Both the position numbers and the translations under genes were made by a program. A stretch of 64,000 bases of DNA from positions 12,080,722 through 12,144,721 of the forward strand of contig OZ037766.1 in the NCBI GenBank assembly GCA_964035545.1, given 5' to 3'. Below are positions 14,175 to 25,234 of the stretch, in pieces (within the stretch, counting starts at the first letter, position 1; every line of letters starts with the position of its first letter). Below the pieces are notes generated by a model. It made no database searches, was not told the origin of the DNA, and worked only from the letters and a program-made list of their open reading frames with translations. The DNA comes from Bugula neritina (lineage: Eukaryota; Animalia; Bryozoa).

Positions 14175-15275
14175 ATGGATCCATTGAGGCCAGCGCCAGA
14201 GCTCGGGCCTGATGATGAACCAGCAGGAGGACGCTTCACCCTAGAGACATTGATTCGGACTATCTGGGAAGACAGGGCAGCTGTACAGGCTCCACCTGGT
14301 GACAGGTTCCGCCTTAAAGCGCCAGTCTTCGACGGTGAAGGAAATGTAGAACAATTTCTACAGGAATTCCGCGAGGTGGCCGTGGCCTCCCAGTGGCCGG
14401 CCCAGGTGGAATTACTGCAACTACGGTCCTGCCTGACAGGTCGAGCCAAACCCTATGCGGTAGGCCCGAATAGGGACCACATCATTGAGGCTCTGCGCGG
14501 CCGCTTCGGACTTACCGTCCGGGACGCGAGAGCCCGCCTACAAGGACTCCGACGAGACCCTAAGGTCTCACTACAGGATCACGCCAACAAAGTGGAGCAG
14601 CTAGTCCAGGTAGCCTACGGTAACGTAGACCTGGAGTCACGCCAGGCCATCACCTTTGATATCTTCCTGCAATCGCTCAATAACCTGAGCCTGCAACGGT
14701 ATCTCTTGGCAGCTGGGGTCGACACCATTGAGGCTGCTCTGACCAGAAGAAAGGCGTACTACCAGATCGGCGGGAGTCAGGACTGTGACAGCAGTGCCCG
14801 ACGAGTCGAGTCAGACTGGGGAGAGGCTGCCGAAGACATTCGGCCGAGGCCTCAAGTAGCGGCCGCCGCCACTACACCCCCAACCCCACCCGAACTCTCC
14901 ATGGTATTGGAGGTGGTGGACAAACTGCAAGAAGAGATCGCAACATTGCGACGGGCCCAAACTACTGACAGACCGGATCGGTCATACGGTAGTCAGCCCA
15001 ACAAGGACGCTCAGTTAGAGCCTAGGGTAGCAGCTACTGCACCTACCCCATCGACCTCAGCCGAAGTCTCCATGGTACTGGAGGTGGTGCGAGATCTACA
15101 GGCCGAAGTTAAGGCCCTGAGACGGGCCCAAACTACTAACCGGCCGAATCAGCCACGTAGTAGTCGCCCCGAAGGGTCTTCTCTCACGTGTTGGAAGTGT
15201 GGGACAACAGGTCATGTGCAACGAGACTGTCCCCGAGGACGCAGCGGTCCGTTAAACACCCAAGGCCTGCGGTAA
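14175..15275 (+). CDS. gag: Gag with a CCHC zinc knuckle
   Basis: KAPVFDG capsid-like start; CWKCGTTGHVQRDC knuckle. Confidence 0.93.
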   Translation: MDPLRPAPELGPDDEPAGGRFTLETLIRTIWEDRAAVQAPPGDRFRLKAPVFDGEGNVEQFLQEFREVAVASQWPAQVELLQLRSCLTGRAKPYAVGPNRDHIIEALRGRFGLTVRDARARLQGLRRDPKVSLQDHANKVEQLVQVAYGNVDLESRQAITFDIFLQSLNNLSLQRYLLAAGVDTIEAALTRRKAYYQIGGSQDCDSSARRVESDWGEAAEDIRPRPQVAAAATTPPTPPELSMVLEVVDKLQEEIATLRRAQTTDRPDRSYGSQPNKDAQLEPRVAATAPTPSTSAEVSMVLEVVRDLQAEVKALRRAQTTNRPNQPRSSRPEGSSLTCWKCGTTGHVQRDCPRGRSGPLNTQGLR

Positions 15276-15294
15276 TCTCCGCCACCCGCAGGCC
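15251..15294 (+). promoter_or_regulatory. Putative -1 ribosomal frameshift signal (gag to pol)
   Basis: G_TTA_AAC, a 6-nt spacer and the stem GGCCTGCGG/CCGCAGGCC; pol lies in the -1 frame. Confidence 0.8.
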
Positions 15295-18200
15295 GAGTCT
15301 CCAGACTCACCCGAGGAGGGTTTACTCTGCACCCAGGGAGGCGCAGACGAAACCCCCCTCATCCGAATGGCAAGCTCCCCGGAGAACTTGGAGGCCGAAA
15401 GGCCTGCCCGAACCTCCAGCTTGGCCACTCAACAACCGGTTCGCGGGGTTACCCGAGGAGGTTGTGGAGGAGGATACTGATTCCGACCGGGATTTCCCCC
15501 GACTGCCCTCCAAACCTCAGAAAACCCCCGTGGTCCCTAGGACGTGTAAGAGGCCTACCGTCCAGACCCAGGAAGTGTCTCCCCCAGAGACAGACTACTC
15601 GAAGCACACCCAACCATACGGAAGCAGCTATTTCCTGCCCGGCAAGATTGCGGGCAAAGCTGCCACCTTCCTGTTGGACACTGGGTGCACCACAAACCTT
15701 CTGAGTAGGCGTCTCTTCGACACTCTTGGCGCTCGGGAGCGGGAAAGCCTCAAGCCGTATAATGGTGAGCACGGTACGTTGGCGGACGGATCGAGCATAC
15801 CATTTTACGGCCTCATCTCACTACCCGGAAGAGTTCGGGATCTCGTAATCCACGAGACCTTCATAGTGAGTCACCTGAAGGAGGATGCTATTCTTGGCAT
15901 GCCCTTCCTTGAGGAGCACCAATGCCACATGGACTTCAACAAGTCAGCAATAGTGGTGGATGGCAAGGAACTTACCTGCGTGGATAAGTTCGGCAGGCGT
16001 ACAGGTGGTCCGGGACAGCCTAATTCCCGGGCGCTCTCAGGCTACACTCCTGTGCAGGGTCAACTGCAAGGAGATCTCTGAGCTAGGGGTTGTGGAGGGC
16101 ATGCACGGAAAGGTACAATTGGCAAACAGCCTGAATCGGCTAGACTGCCGTGGAGAGTTCCTGGTGCAGTGCATCAACCCCTACGCGGAGCCGGTGAAGT
16201 TATCGGCTGGTTCACTGGTGGGCAGGTATCACTCGGTTCAGGAGACTGATGTTGGGCCCACACTCGATGCGACGTCGGAGACACCGAGTCGCCCCCTGGA
16301 GTCTGGCATGGGACCAGTCCCAGAGCATGTGGCGGAATTATACAAGGGAGCCTGTGGTGGTTGTGGAAGTAACGTGGAGCGCCAACGGATGGCCCAGTTA
16401 CTTCGAGAGTACCAAGATGTATTCAGCCAAGGAGACGAGGACATGGGGTTGACTAACGTAGTGCGGCACGAGATACCCCTAGTAACAGGGACTGCCCCCA
16501 TACGACAACCCACTCGACGGCTAGGCCCGGAAAAGGAGAGGGAGGTTAGCCGGCAAGTCCAGGACTTGCTTGATCGGGACCTGATTGAGCCAGCCCACGG
16601 TGCGTGGAGCTCACCAGTCGTTCTGGTCAAAAAGAAGGATGGGAGCTGGAGATTCTGCGTTGATTACCGCAAGTTGAACAGCGTCACCATCCAGGATGCC
16701 TACCCCCTCCCCCGGATAGACGAGTCGCTAGATGCCCTCGCGGGAAGTAGATACTTCAGCACGCTGGACCTACTGAGTGGATACTGGCAAGTACCCCTCA
16801 GTCCTGATGCACAGGACAAGGCCGCGTTCATCACCCGCGATGGCCTCTGGAGATGGAAGGTGTTGCCATTCGGGCTGACATCCGCCCCGGCCACCTTTCA
16901 GCGGCTCATGGAGCAGGTCCTCAGTGGGTTACACTGGAAGACGCTGCTAGTCTATCTGGACGACGTCATTGTTATCTCGCCAGACTTTTCGACTCATGTC
17001 AGTCGTCTGCGCGAGGTCTTTGACCGTCTCCGGGCCGCCGGGCTAAAGCTTAAACCCTCGAAATGTGCTCTCCTGCAGCAGGAAGTCAAATATCTCGGAC
17101 ATGTGGTCAGCCGGGACGGCGTTGCCACCGACCCCGAGAAAGTACGGGCCGTACAAGACTGGACTGTTCCCCAAGATATCCATGAACTAAGAGCGTTCCT
17201 AGGACTGGTGGGATATTACCGGCAGTATATCCCTGAATTCGCAGGTATGGCACAGCCATTAAATCGGCTAACCGCCAAAGGAGTCCGGTGGCGTTGGACT
17301 CAGGAAGAACAACAGGCTTTTGATCATCTCAAGGCCCGGCTAGTGGAGGCACCCATCCTGGCTTACCCCGACCCGACCAAACAGTATATCTTGGATACAG
17401 ACGCTAGCGACCACAGTATGGGGGCTGTGTTGTCCCAGGTACAAGGAGGTACCGAGGTAGTGGTGGCGTACTACAGCAAGGCCCTCTCCTCCGCCGAAAG
17501 AAACTACTGCACGACCAGGAAGGAACTCCTAGCAGTAGTTAAGGCGGTGAAGCATTTCCGGCCATATCTATATGGTAGAACGTTCAGATTACGAACTGAC
17601 CATGCATCACTGATATGGCTGTGCAAACGGGCCGAACCCTCCAGCCAGGTCGCCAGGTGGCTCGAAATACTTGCAGAATTCTCATATCGGATTGAACATC
17701 GCGCCGGCCGGAAGCATGGAAATGCTGATGGTCTGAGCCGTCGTCCAGAGAGAGACTGCAAGCAATGCCTCCATATAGAGAAGCGGGACGGGGGACCCGC
17801 CCGCTCGGAAGTCGAGACACAACTGAAGGAAACAGAAGCCTACAGGTGGGAACAAGGCCGACTGCAATCCGATGTCCATTCAGATGCTGTCCAGGCCCTT
17901 CGGGTCAACCCCACCTTAGCCAGAAATGTCCAGGACTTGTGCCGATTACAGGAAACCCTGCCGGGGGTAGTGGGAGAGATATTCAGGGCCAAGAAGGAGC
18001 GGCCGCCGGCCAGGTGAGGAGGAGCAGCGGCAGAAGGGCGTTGAATTCCAACAGTTCTGCCACCGCTGGGAATCCCTCAAATTCAACTCAGACGGATTGC
18101 TAACCATCTCCTTGGCAGCAGACAGGCAACACCAGGAACGGGAGCGGGTTGTGTGCCCACACCCCCTCCGGAGAGAGCTCATCTGGGAGACTCACAAGCA

Positions 18201-19620
18201 AGCCCATGCGGGGACCAGTAGAGTGATTCGGTGCCTACAGATGCGGTGGTACTGGCCTGGGATGACAAGGGATGTGAGGCTACAGATCCGGCAATGTGAA
18301 ATCTGCCAGGCGAGTAAGCATGGCCGTTCTACCGAGACCACGGGACGGCGCAGGCTGTACGCCGGTCGCCCGTGGCAGACAGTGGCAGTCGACTTGGTGG
18401 GTCCCATGCCGACGTCCGCTCGTGGAAACAACTGGATTCTGGTACTAACGGATCATTTTACTAGGTGGGCAGATGCCTTGGCAATCCCGGACGCCTCCGC
18501 CCCGACGGTAGCCCGAGCTTTAGATCAGCACGTTTTCTGCTATTTCGGGCTACCGGAGCAGATCCACACAGATCAAGGGGCACAGTTCCAATCACAGCTG
18601 ATGAGGGACCTCTGTCGGGTATGGGGGGTCAACCAAAGTAGGACCACCCCCTACCACCCCCAAGGAAATGGCGTAGTGGAACGCAACAACAGGATGTTGG
18701 GGGACGCCCTGAGAAGTCTACTACTAGGGAAAAGCCAAGAAGAATGGGACGCCGTGCTACCCCAGATCATGCGTGCATATCGCAGTACTCCCCACTCTAG
18801 CACCCAGGAGACACCCAATTTCCTAATGCTAGGCCGGGAAACGCGGGTCCCGGATCATCTCACGTACCACGTCCCCCTCCCAGAGGGACCTGTCCACGAA
18901 TACGTGAGAGAGCTGGTTGATAGGATGCGGACGGCCCATGAGGTCTTAAGGGAAAAACAATGGCAAGTGCGAGGGGAAGACTCGGACGAGCCCCCACTCT
19001 ACCAGGCTGGCGATTGGGTATGGATGATTAGTTACAGGAGGAAGCGCGGACAGTCGGCTAAATTACAGCCCAAGTTCGTGGGACCATACTGCATCATCGA
19101 AGTGCTACCCAATCACACGTACCGCGTAGAACGCTCCGGACAGATTTCCGTCCAAAGCGAGAAACGCTTAAAACCGTACTGGGCCAGCCCTGGGGCAGTA
19201 GGACAAGCACCACCACTCCTGGAGCCAGCACGACGACCCACCGGGGGAGGAAGGGTGCCTCCCACCCGAGAGTGGGAACTTCCCTATAACATACCGGAGA
19301 GAAACCCCGAAGCACAAGAACCACCCCCCACTGTGCAAGAGCCCCCCGAGCAACCAGCACCTCAGGCGCCCCCACCAGTAAGACCACCCCCCGCCATACC
19401 AGAGAGGTTAGACCCACCTACCCTGGAAGTAGGAGAGAGTAGAGCCACCAACCCTGGGGGACAGGCCACTTTGCCAGACACAGAAGGCCTAAGGCGTAGC
19501 CAGAGGACTCGAAGACCTCCTGGGTACTTAGGGGAATATTACTGTGGCCAGATAGGGAAAGGATACCTTAGCTCGGAGGACGAAGGGCCCCCCCTTGTAT
19601 TACAACTATTCACCACCTAA
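15251..19620 (+). pseudogene. pol: Pol (protease, RT, RNase H, integrase) broken by two frameshifts
   Basis: Motifs LLDTG, YLDD, DTDAS..TDH..ADGLSR, HHCC, D-D-E and GPY lie across three ORFs. Compared with element B there is a ~14-bp deletion near 15997 and a 1-bp insertion near 18000. Confidence 0.93.
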
Positions 19621-21097
19621 CCACACCACCAGGGAGGCTCGATATCGGCAGGGGATCACTTCGATGTTCCTCACCCAGATCGGACAAAAACCCGATCCCG
19701 AAGTTGGAAAAACCCAGGCGAGGGACTCTCGCGATAAACCACGAACGCATACTTCGTTCATTCCAATCGCAGCAAGCACACACGCCACACGGAATTTAAT
19801 CTCTCGCCATCTAACAAATATGGATATTACACCCACTCACCTGAATGTTGAAGAAGAGTCCGGCGCACACCCTGGTAAGTCCACTAGACTAGAATTACCT
19901 CCTATACCGGAAAATTGTCTAGGTGGTGATGACCGTAGGAACTCGAACTCTGATTCCCAGAGTAAGTTCGAGATGTGGAGAACTCACACTTGGAACTCTG
20001 GAGGGTCAGAGTCACCCAACAGAGATTACCTACTTGACCAGGACATCCAGAGTGTCACTCTACCCCCACCCCGGCAGCTCGCAGTATCGCGACGAGTGCC
20101 ATATAAGGATATCACTAATAATAGAGTGAGTCAGCCATCACGAGTTGGAGATATCGGTCAGACTCGACCAGCTCAACTCTCTATTTCTGTTGTAGACACC
20201 GACAAAGTCGTAGAGCCTGCCTCTACGACTCTCACCTCATTCGGAAGATCCTCCGAAATCGCGACACCCCAGGAACAAGTAATGGAGGGAGATACAGAGA
20301 CCCCTGCCACTGTCGTCGATATTGGACTAGATGAAGGGGAGGAACAGTCTATCCTGTCCTCATCTGAGACTACAGACCCCCCTCAAGGACTAGGAGGAGC
20401 TGGAGAGCTAGGATTACCACGCGTTTTCAGCACCCGGTCTCACTGGACCAGCACCAAGACGCGGATCCTGATAGCTGAGGCCTGCGGGGAGCCTAGCAAC
20501 ACCAAGTGCCCCACCTGTGGGCGGAGCTTTACCTCGCACAGGCGACTACGGATACACGTCCAACAACATTACGTCAACTCATTCTGTCCGTGTGGGGAGT
20601 TTAGCTTCCAGCGTGACTACGTGCTCAAGCACCAACGTATCGGCCGCTGCCACACGGGCAGAATTTTTGATGTAGATGCAGACAATTATCTAGAATTCAG
20701 GGACCTGATTCTCCCCCACATCAGCGATCCCAAGAAGAGGGAGCTGTTGTCCCAAGGGTTCCCGGCCTGTCGACCCACTAGTCAGACTCAACCGCCAGAA
20801 GACCCCCCAAGTTGTGAGTTGCCACCCACCCAGCCTCTCCGGGTAGTGGTAACTCGAGCCGAAGCTACTGCAGAAGGAGACCGCTGGACGCCACGAGAAA
20901 CGGCCCGAACTAGAAGAGAACGGCGTAGACAGGGCGCACCGAGGCCGCGTAGTACCACTCCCTATACTACTAGGCACACACACCGTGGGCCCCCGGAGAG
21001 TCTGGAGGATGTATATCGTGGCCTGGACAGGATCTCTGAGGAACTAAGACGCATACGACGCAGACTGCAGGACCTGGAGCAGCCCGCTCGACCCTAA
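19595..21097 (+). CDS. Extra retrotransposon ORF3: zinc-finger, basic and coiled-coil protein (not Env)
   Basis: About 500 open codons (first ATG ~19664). Contains CPTC-X12-HVQQH and CPC-X12-HQ..CH fingers, an Arg-rich segment and a C-terminal heptad repeat. No signal peptide or TM segment. Confidence 0.8.
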   Translation: MYYNYSPPNHTTREARYRQGITSMFLTQIGQKPDPEVGKTQARDSRDKPRTHTSFIPIAASTHATRNLISRHLTNMDITPTHLNVEEESGAHPGKSTRLELPPIPENCLGGDDRRNSNSDSQSKFEMWRTHTWNSGGSESPNRDYLLDQDIQSVTLPPPRQLAVSRRVPYKDITNNRVSQPSRVGDIGQTRPAQLSISVVDTDKVVEPASTTLTSFGRSSEIATPQEQVMEGDTETPATVVDIGLDEGEEQSILSSSETTDPPQGLGGAGELGLPRVFSTRSHWTSTKTRILIAEACGEPSNTKCPTCGRSFTSHRRLRIHVQQHYVNSFCPCGEFSFQRDYVLKHQRIGRCHTGRIFDVDADNYLEFRDLILPHISDPKKRELLSQGFPACRPTSQTQPPEDPPSCELPPTQPLRVVVTRAEATAEGDRWTPRETARTRRERRRQGAPRPRSTTPYTTRHTHRGPPESLEDVYRGLDRISEELRRIRRRLQDLEQPARP

Positions 21098-21300
21098 TGG
21101 TGGCACTTCTCTTTATGTAAATATATATTCTTGTGTGTATTAATTCATTATCCCTTAACATTTTCTATCTTATATATTTTTGTTTGTGTGACTAGATTAG
21201 CCATTCCAGAACTCCCTTACATGTATTTTCTTTTATTTTCTTCCTTTTTTTATTATTATATTATTTTTTTTGATTATATCAGAAAGGGGTTGTACTTTCT

Positions 21301-21314
21301 GATGGAGGGGAGTG
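21301..21314 (+). other. Polypurine tract (PPT)
   Basis: GATGGAGGGGAGTG immediately before the 3' LTR. Confidence 0.8.
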
Positions 21315-22030
21315 TGTGGTAAAATTGTGTATAGTATAACTAAGGCTGTATTTCCCTTATTCTTATTAACTTCATTCCCATGGAATGCGTGTTTTCCTAG
21401 ATATACATCATTACATAGCTATAGTATTGTAACAGCTAAGTGTTAGTTGGCAATGATAGGATTAGCTATTATTCCCAGCTACTTATTACTACTGACGTGA
21501 CTGGATTAGCTATTGTTTCTGACGGCTCACAGGAACACTTATATAATCAAGATAACCGGGATTTCCCTGCGAAGTTCGCTCGATTCGAGCGATTCCTTTA
21601 TTCTAGCCCTGCGAATCCCTGCGATTCGAGCGAATTCCCTCGAATTCGCTCGGAACATTCTAGTGGAAATGTTTCCCAACGTATAAAAGGAGGCCCTCAA
21701 CACAGTAGAGTCAGTCTTCAGCCAGCAGCACAACAGGACACATCTCGGAGCTACCAAGCCAGGACAATAACACACTTAGTTAATTATCTTATACTTTGTT
21801 TACCAATTTACTAGTAAGTTTTCCATACATGTAAGGAGTTGTCCTCCCTAACTGCTATTTTTGGATTTATATATATTATGGAGTAAATAAAGGGGATTGT
21901 GAGTATTACATTTCTTATTTATTGTGCATAAATACCCTCCTACAAAGAGTCACTGTGTTCAATCAGCTAACAACCCACACCAATAATTGCATGCAGCGAA
22001 TCATAACATTCTACGCATAAAATTATTACA
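21315..22030 (+). repeat. 3' LTR, 716 bp
   Basis: Direct repeat of 13390-14105. Confidence 0.97.
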
Positions 22031-23285
22031 ATATTCATATTGATATATTTCGAATTTACTTCGATGTTAAAATAAATAAAAAGCTTAATCATAATGAGGT
22101 AGTGAGCATGATCTAAAGCAATGAAGTTAACAGTATATTTATTTCTTTAAATATTGGTATAATATTACTATTAGTATCAGTAATAGTATTACTATTACTA
22201 TTAGTATTACATTTACAATTACTGATTTAGTTTTACAGCTTTAACTTTAAGTTTATTAAATTTAATGTTATTATAATTATTTACTTTTACTATATCTCTA
22301 AACTTCAATGACAGTTTTATTTCCACATCAATAATTACAAAGACCAGATAAGAACTAAATAAATCGTATACTTTGATTTAATTTCAAATATAACTAGTAT
22401 TTATAATAAGTAATTATTAAACTACAATCACAATCATCATCTTAGATGTTTTCTGGCAGTCACTTTAATTTGACTAACGATCGAGTTAGGCTCGCTAGTT
22501 TTCGTATGGGGGCTTTAGTTAATTGATAATCGAGCTGTACGGGGGATAAGTGTGGGCAGATAAAATATTAGTTGGGATTTGAGAAAAGGAGACTACCACT
22601 ACGAGTGTAATTCTGATATCTTTCATGATTATTATAAATATTATTAATTTATTTTCATTATGATTATGTTTTACGCTAAAAAATAATGACCTCATATCTT
22701 TTGAAATAGTAAATTTAGTGCGTACCACTGTAATAAAATATACTGTACTCATATTTTATTCTATTTCAATAGTACACACAGTGCACATCAATTTACTTGA
22801 GACTCAGACTGAGTAACAATACCAATACTAATAGTCATACTCATACTCATACTGATACTGATACTGGCAATAGCAATACTAATACTAATACTAATAGCAT
22901 TAGTAGCAATAGCATTTCCCCGTTTAAAATTAACTAAAATTTGATTTTCATTTTGATTTTGTTTCCAGTTTTACTTTTGCAGTCTCACTTTCTAATAACT
23001 ATAACTATAAGTAATTTATCTGATCTCAGCGAATCGCTCACCAAAGTTAAAGTAACTAATTTTATTAATTATTATTATTATTATTATAAATTATGATTAT
23101 TGATATTATTAAATTTAACATTATTATCATAACAATTATAAATATGATTATCAATATCATTATGGATATGATATAATATTATAATTATTAATAATATTAA
23201 TATTATAAATGTTGTTAATATTAATTTTAATTATTATATTAATATTTATTTTTAATTCCAATACCATAGGACTAGGTAGTAGGTA

Positions 23286-23390
23286 ATCATAATCATAATG
23301 GTATTGCCATAAGATACTCATGTCTCATAGTCATACTGAGTATGACTATGAGACATGAGTATCTTATGGCAATACCATTATGATTATGAT
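23286..23390. repeat. Perfect palindrome with 52-bp arms and a 1-nt centre
   Basis: 23286-23337 is the exact reverse complement of 23339-23390. Confidence 0.95.
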
Positions 23391-25234
23391 ACTCATACTG
23401 ATGAGACTAGCCCTATAAGTATAATTATTACTTATTATATCGATTACTAATATTATTAGTGTTACATTTACTAATACTTAAAGTTAGTTAAACTTTTAGA
23501 CTTACTCTTACTCTTAGTATAACTATAAATAATGGTATTACTAACACTTATAGCTATACTATTATCAGTACTAATAGTACTAGTACTATAACTTATAAGC
23601 TATAAGTAAATAGTACAGTATAACTATAAGTATAACTGTGTTAGTCTATTGCTATTATAATTATTAGGTTTAGCATTTATTTATGATTATATTTATATAC
23701 TTTTAGTAATACCATTACCGCATTAGTATTAGTTTTATAGTTATACCTATGCTAAGTTTAATAAGTGTAAACAGTTTTATTGAACATGAGCATCACAATA
23801 AGTATAACAACTGTGCTTTACTGTGTATCAGTATGGCTATGAGTATGAAAAATTGAGTTAGACAGTAAATGTGACTATCATCCTATTGATTGACAATGAC
23901 CAAATTCAGTTTGACTTATTCTTACAGCTGTAGGCTAGCTCTATGCTTACATCCAGTTTTACATCCCTAAGCCTAGCGCTATGACTTTGATAATCAAAAT
24001 TTGAAGTGAAGGTGATGGTTCTGTGTCACTATGTCTAGTCAATAGTGCCTATTAGAGAATCACATTAACTAATTGAGGTCCGTGGAGTATGTTAAAACAT
24101 AGTTTGAAATAAGCACTTTATTGATTGTTATAAATAGTGCTCAACAATTTCTGTAAAGATGTTTTATCTAATTACTAAGCAGAATTAGTGTATCTCAAAT
24201 TTTTTGGTGGCGCCAAAAAAATATTAGGTGTTGAAAATAATTTAATGAAGATTTTTGTTCAAAAGTTTTACCTAGAAGAATATGTTGTTGGCAGTTGAAA
24301 TGGGCATAGAATGTGTTTGCTAGAGATTATACTTGAGGAACCTACTGATAAACTGAACCAACAAATGAGATTGTGATTTTTTGTAGCAGATTCTTTGCCA
24401 GTTAATCTTGCTTTTTTCTGTGTAGTTGACTAAATAAGTTCAAGTAGCTTTATAAGTAATTTTCTATTTAAGTTAGCATTTTGTTGAAATAACATAATCA
24501 TTTTGGTAAATTAATATGTAAAAAGTGATTAAGTTCTTGCTAAGAAACCTGCCACACACAATGCGTGTGTTGCAGGTGTGGAAATTTATTGGCTAGTGAT
24601 CTTGGAGTTTAACTTTACTGCTCGCCTACAGAAGTTTGTTTTTGAATCTATGTCATTGGCAAAGTGATTTTAGATATAAAAGCAGAAATGCAAACTATAT
24701 GAAACTGTTTTAATTTAGTTCGCTAAAAGCTAAAACATGAATTGAAATAAAAAATGGGCTCGCTAAATGGTAATCAGCCAATTAAATCAAACCCGCATTA
24801 GCTTTCTGCACTTCCAGCTCAGCTTGTTATCCGCATAAAAATCTGCACACCACGCCCCATTTTTGGGCTAGAAGGTTCCCCCCCCATTTCCGGAGCGGGT
24901 AGCCCTTCCTCATGTGGCCCTACGCTAAATCGTTTCATCACAGACTTGGAAAATTTGACATAAGTCCTGCAACTTAAAACTACTTTAGTTTAATATATTG
25001 GTACATATATTAACTATTTTGTAATAGCAATATTTTTATAACGTATAACTTTCTTCAATATGCTAATGATTCTTTCTACTCTTTATCCTACTAATCAGTA
25101 ATGTAATAGAGCTACTGCAGATTTTCCATCTCTTTTAGGATACATCCATTATTGGAAAGAGTCTGATGGCTACCACTAACATAATCCATAGAGAATAAAT
25201 GACTAGTAGAAACCAGTTACGTTTCAGTTGAACT

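Larger units (their letters stand above)
13390..22030 (+). mobile_element. Full-length Ty3/Gypsy LTR retrotransposon (element A) with an extra 3' ORF
   Basis: TG..CA LTRs at 13390-14105 and 21315-22030; ATAT TSD (13386-13389 and 22031-22034); PBS; PPT; gag; pol in PR-RT-RH-IN order. Confidence 0.98.

Noticed and set aside
16238-18431. Many short antisense or alternative-frame ORFs over pol (also 59433-63781)
   Set aside because: Shadow ORFs of GC-rich coding sequence.
19595-21097. ORF3 as Env
   Set aside because: No signal peptide, fusion peptide or TM anchor.
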